Positions 61,440 through 64,000 of a stretch of DNA of 64,000 bases are shown here, piece by piece (the first letter of the stretch is position 1; the number at the start of each line of letters is the position of its first letter). The notes beneath the pieces were generated by a model. The model was given only the letters and a program-made list of their open reading frames with translations, did no database searches and was not told the DNA's origin. Origin of the DNA: an uncultured Lachnospiraceae bacterium (GTDB taxonomy: Bacteria > Bacillota > Clostridia > Lachnospirales > Lachnospiraceae). The DNA lies in assembly GCA_946531495.1 (NCBI GenBank), contig CAMNAQ010000002.1, forward strand, positions 4,280 to 68,279, written 5' to 3'. Made by a program: the position numbers and the translations under genes.

Positions 61440-63548
61440 ATGTCCAGTCTTGAACATCGGAAAAAGGTGTTGGGCGATCAGCGCTATATCCTTACAATGC
61501 GCCCTGTTTTTAACATAAGGGCACTTTATTCCGATACAACTTCTAATTTCCTCAGTCCCGAAGAACCGGAACCGGGTGATAAAGTCACGGTGAGGTTCCG
61601 TACTGCGAAAAACAATGTGGATGTCGTGCTCCTGGTTGCCGGGGGAAGGCGGTATTCGCTTCGAAAGGCTGAAACGGAAAGGCATTTTGATTATTATGAG
61701 ACGGAAATAGAACTTTCCGGCGGAAAATTTGCATATCATTTTGAGATATGGTCAGGCTCGCTCAAGGTATTTTTTGATTCAAGAGGAGCGGTGACCGAGC
61801 CGAACGAATATTACGATTTTGTTGTTTTTCCGGGCTTTTCCACTCCCGACTGGAGCAAGGGTGCCGTTATGTATCAGATCTATGTTGACAGATTCTGTGA
61901 CGGAGACCCCTCCAATAACGTCTTAAATGATGAATACACTTATATAGGCCAGCATGTTCACAGGGTGGAAGACTGGAATACACCTCCGTCGCAGATGGAT
62001 GTAAGGAATTTTTACGGAGGAGATCTTCAGGGCGTACTTGATAAGATGGATTATATTCAGAGCCTCGGAGTTGAGGTCATCTATTTTAATCCGCTTTTTG
62101 TGTCCCCATCCAATCATAAATATGATATCCAGGACTATGACCATATAGATCCTCATTTCGGCAGGATCGTGGATGATGGCGGAGATGTTCTTGCTCCGGA
62201 CCAGAAGGAAAACCGCTTTGCCTCCAAATATATCAGGAGGGTTGCGGGAAGAGCCAATCTCAGTGCCAGCGATGAGCTTTTCATCAAGGTTGTTCAGGAA
62301 GCGCACAGGCGCGGCATGAAGGTCATTCTCGACGGTGTGTTCAATCACTGCGGATCCTTCAATAAGTGGATGGACCGTGAGCGCATTTATGAAAATGAAG
62401 AGGGCTATGAAAAGGGAGCCTACGTAAGTCCCGCAAGTCCGTACAGGAATTATTTTTCATTCAATAATGAGAACGGATGGCCTTATAATGGGTCATATGA
62501 CGGCTGGTGGGGCCATGATACCCTGCCGAAGCTCAATTATGAGGGCTCTGACCAGCTTCTTGAATATGTGCTCAGGATAGGAGCAAAGTGGGTATCGGCG
62601 CCTTTTTGTGCTGACGGCTGGAGGCTGGATGTTGCTGCCGATCTGGGTCATTCCCAGGATTACAATCACTATTTCTGGAAAAGGTTCCGCAAGGCCGTAA
62701 AGGAAGCCAATCCGAATGCCCTGATACTGGCAGAGCATTATGGCGACAAAAAAGCCTGGCTGCAGGGCGATGAGTGGGACTCTGTAATGAATTATGATGC
62801 GTTCATGGAGCCCGTCACCTGGTTTCTTACCGGCATGGAAAAGCACTCCGATGATTTCAGGGAGGATCTGCTTGGAAATGCGGACAGCTTCTGGGGGGCA
62901 ATGAGGCATCACAGTGCGACCTTCTCCACACCCAGCATGCAGTCGGCAATGAACGAGCTGTCCAATCATGATCATTCAAGATTCCTTACCCGTACCAATC
63001 ATATGGTAGGAAGGACCGGAACCCTCGGACCGGACGCTGCTTCGAGAAATATCAACAAGGCTGTGTTCAGGGAAGCTGTGGTGATACAGATGACTTGGAC
63101 TGGAGCTCCGACGATCTATTACGGAGATGAAGCCGGAGTATGCGGATTCACCGATCCGGATAACAGAAGGACATATCCGTGGGGTCATGAAGATCAGGAG
63201 ATGATCGCTTTCCACAGAGATCTGATAGCGCTTAGGCATAGGCATCCCGTGTTTAAGACCGGATCCATCAAGATGGTGGACAGTGATTATAATTTTATAG
63301 TGTACGGAAGATTCGACAGGAATGAACAGTTCCTTATTCTCATCAATAATAACGATCATGAGATCTTCAGAAATCTTACCGTATGGGAAATTGGAACCAC
63401 AAGATCGGGAATGATGAAAACAGTCTTCAGAAGTGACAGGAACGGCTACTCTCTGACCGGTGATGAGTATAAGCTTTCCGGGGGTCTGCTCGATATTGCG
63501 ATACCGCCCGAATCTGCTACCATTCTTGCTTTTTATAAGCCCGTGTGA
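61440..63548 (+). CDS. GH13 alpha-glycosidase (neopullulanase/cyclomaltodextrinase-like)
   Basis: YQIYVDRF, YGGDLQG, LDGVFNH, DGWRLDVA, AEH, NHDHSR, IYYGDE. Confidence 0.9.
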   Translation: MSSLEHRKKVLGDQRYILTMRPVFNIRALYSDTTSNFLSPEEPEPGDKVTVRFRTAKNNVDVVLLVAGGRRYSLRKAETERHFDYYETEIELSGGKFAYHFEIWSGSLKVFFDSRGAVTEPNEYYDFVVFPGFSTPDWSKGAVMYQIYVDRFCDGDPSNNVLNDEYTYIGQHVHRVEDWNTPPSQMDVRNFYGGDLQGVLDKMDYIQSLGVEVIYFNPLFVSPSNHKYDIQDYDHIDPHFGRIVDDGGDVLAPDQKENRFASKYIRRVAGRANLSASDELFIKVVQEAHRRGMKVILDGVFNHCGSFNKWMDRERIYENEEGYEKGAYVSPASPYRNYFSFNNENGWPYNGSYDGWWGHDTLPKLNYEGSDQLLEYVLRIGAKWVSAPFCADGWRLDVAADLGHSQDYNHYFWKRFRKAVKEANPNALILAEHYGDKKAWLQGDEWDSVMNYDAFMEPVTWFLTGMEKHSDDFREDLLGNADSFWGAMRHHSATFSTPSMQSAMNELSNHDHSRFLTRTNHMVGRTGTLGPDAASRNINKAVFREAVVIQMTWTGAPTIYYGDEAGVCGFTDPDNRRTYPWGHEDQEMIAFHRDLIALRHRHPVFKTGSIKMVDSDYNFIVYGRFDRNEQFLILINNNDHEIFRNLTVWEIGTTRSGMMKTVFRSDRNGYSLTGDEYKLSGGLLDIAIPPESATILAFYKPV

Positions 63549-63574
63549 TATAGTAAACGCCATGATTAATTGAC

Positions 63575-63658
63575 GCGGGTATGGCGAAATAGGTAGACGC
63601 AAGGGACTTAAAATCCCTCGGGGGCGACTCCGTGCCGGTTCAAGTCCGGCTACCCGCA
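63575..63658 (+). tRNA. tRNA-Leu(TAA)
   Basis: Acceptor GCGGGTA/TACCCGC, anticodon arm AGGGA-CTTAAAA-TCCCT, long variable arm, GGTTCAAGTCC; CCA not encoded. Confidence 0.95.
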
Positions 63659-63732
63659 TTTTTGTGTGTCAAAAAGTAGTTTTTTCGTGTGTTGCTTAGA
63701 TATTATTTTGTATCCAATATATAATTGAGATT

Positions 63733-64000
63733 ATGAAAAATAAAATTCTTAAAAAGCAAATATTGGGAATTACTCTTGCCACCATGATGGCGATCGGAGG
63801 ATGTTCCAATGATCCGAATGCGTATAAACCGGCAGATGAGGTGACTGCGGACCCGATACAATCGGATCCGTCTCCTTTGGATGAAACCGATCTTCATACA
63901 CCAGATACTCCACAGGGACTTATGGCAATCGGTGAAAGATATGAGATGAACGGGAAAATCGAAAGCTATCTCACCGGTGAATGGATACCTACCGAGGTGG
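63733..64000 (+). CDS. Lipoprotein, N-terminal part, possibly DUF3048 family (runs off window)
   Basis: Manual translation MKNKILKKQILGITLATMMAIGGC (lipobox)...ESYLTGEW. Confidence 0.6.
   Translation, partial: MKNKILKKQILGITLATMMAIGGCSNDPNAYKPADEVTADPIQSDPSPLDETDLHTPDTPQGLMAIGERYEMNGKIESYLTGEWIPTEV

Overview
This window is the chromosomal replication-origin region of a Bacillota (Clostridia) bacterium. It is most likely a Lachnospiraceae member, inferred from gene content and order. Positions 1-20 kb carry the canonical origin block: gyrA(partial)-gyrB-recF-yaaA-dnaN-oriC-dnaA on the minus strand, then rpmH-rnpA-yidD-yidC-jag-mnmE-mnmG-rsmG-(parS cluster)-parA-parB-serS-tRNA-Arg on the plus strand. 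The 20-47 kb accessory stretch holds an AmmeMemoRadiSam trio interrupted by a REP-like repeat element, a vWA/HTH pair, two GH43 hydrolases, an M13 peptidase-FtsX ABC-LytTR/GHKL module, a SNF2 helicase, an ABC-2 exporter and a DegT aminotransferase. The 48-64 kb stretch holds leuA, two RimK-like ligases, a foldase, cca, hup-yabO-divIC-tilS-hpt-ftsH, a GH13 and tRNA-Leu. Main points of interest: (1) a 2-isopropylmalate synthase fused in frame to an AraC DNA-binding domain, a candidate leucine-sensing enzyme-regulator; (2) a REP/REPIN-like element enclosing four ~40-bp tandem repeats at the amrB/amrA junction, with a second perfect-hairpin copy 8 kb away; (3) a ~70-aa insertion in GyrB; (4) a candidate sRNA after ftsH; (5) LytTR-type direct repeats upstream of the peptidase/ABC operon. 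No CRISPR array, integrase or transposase was seen. All family assignments come from motif recognition, not database searches.
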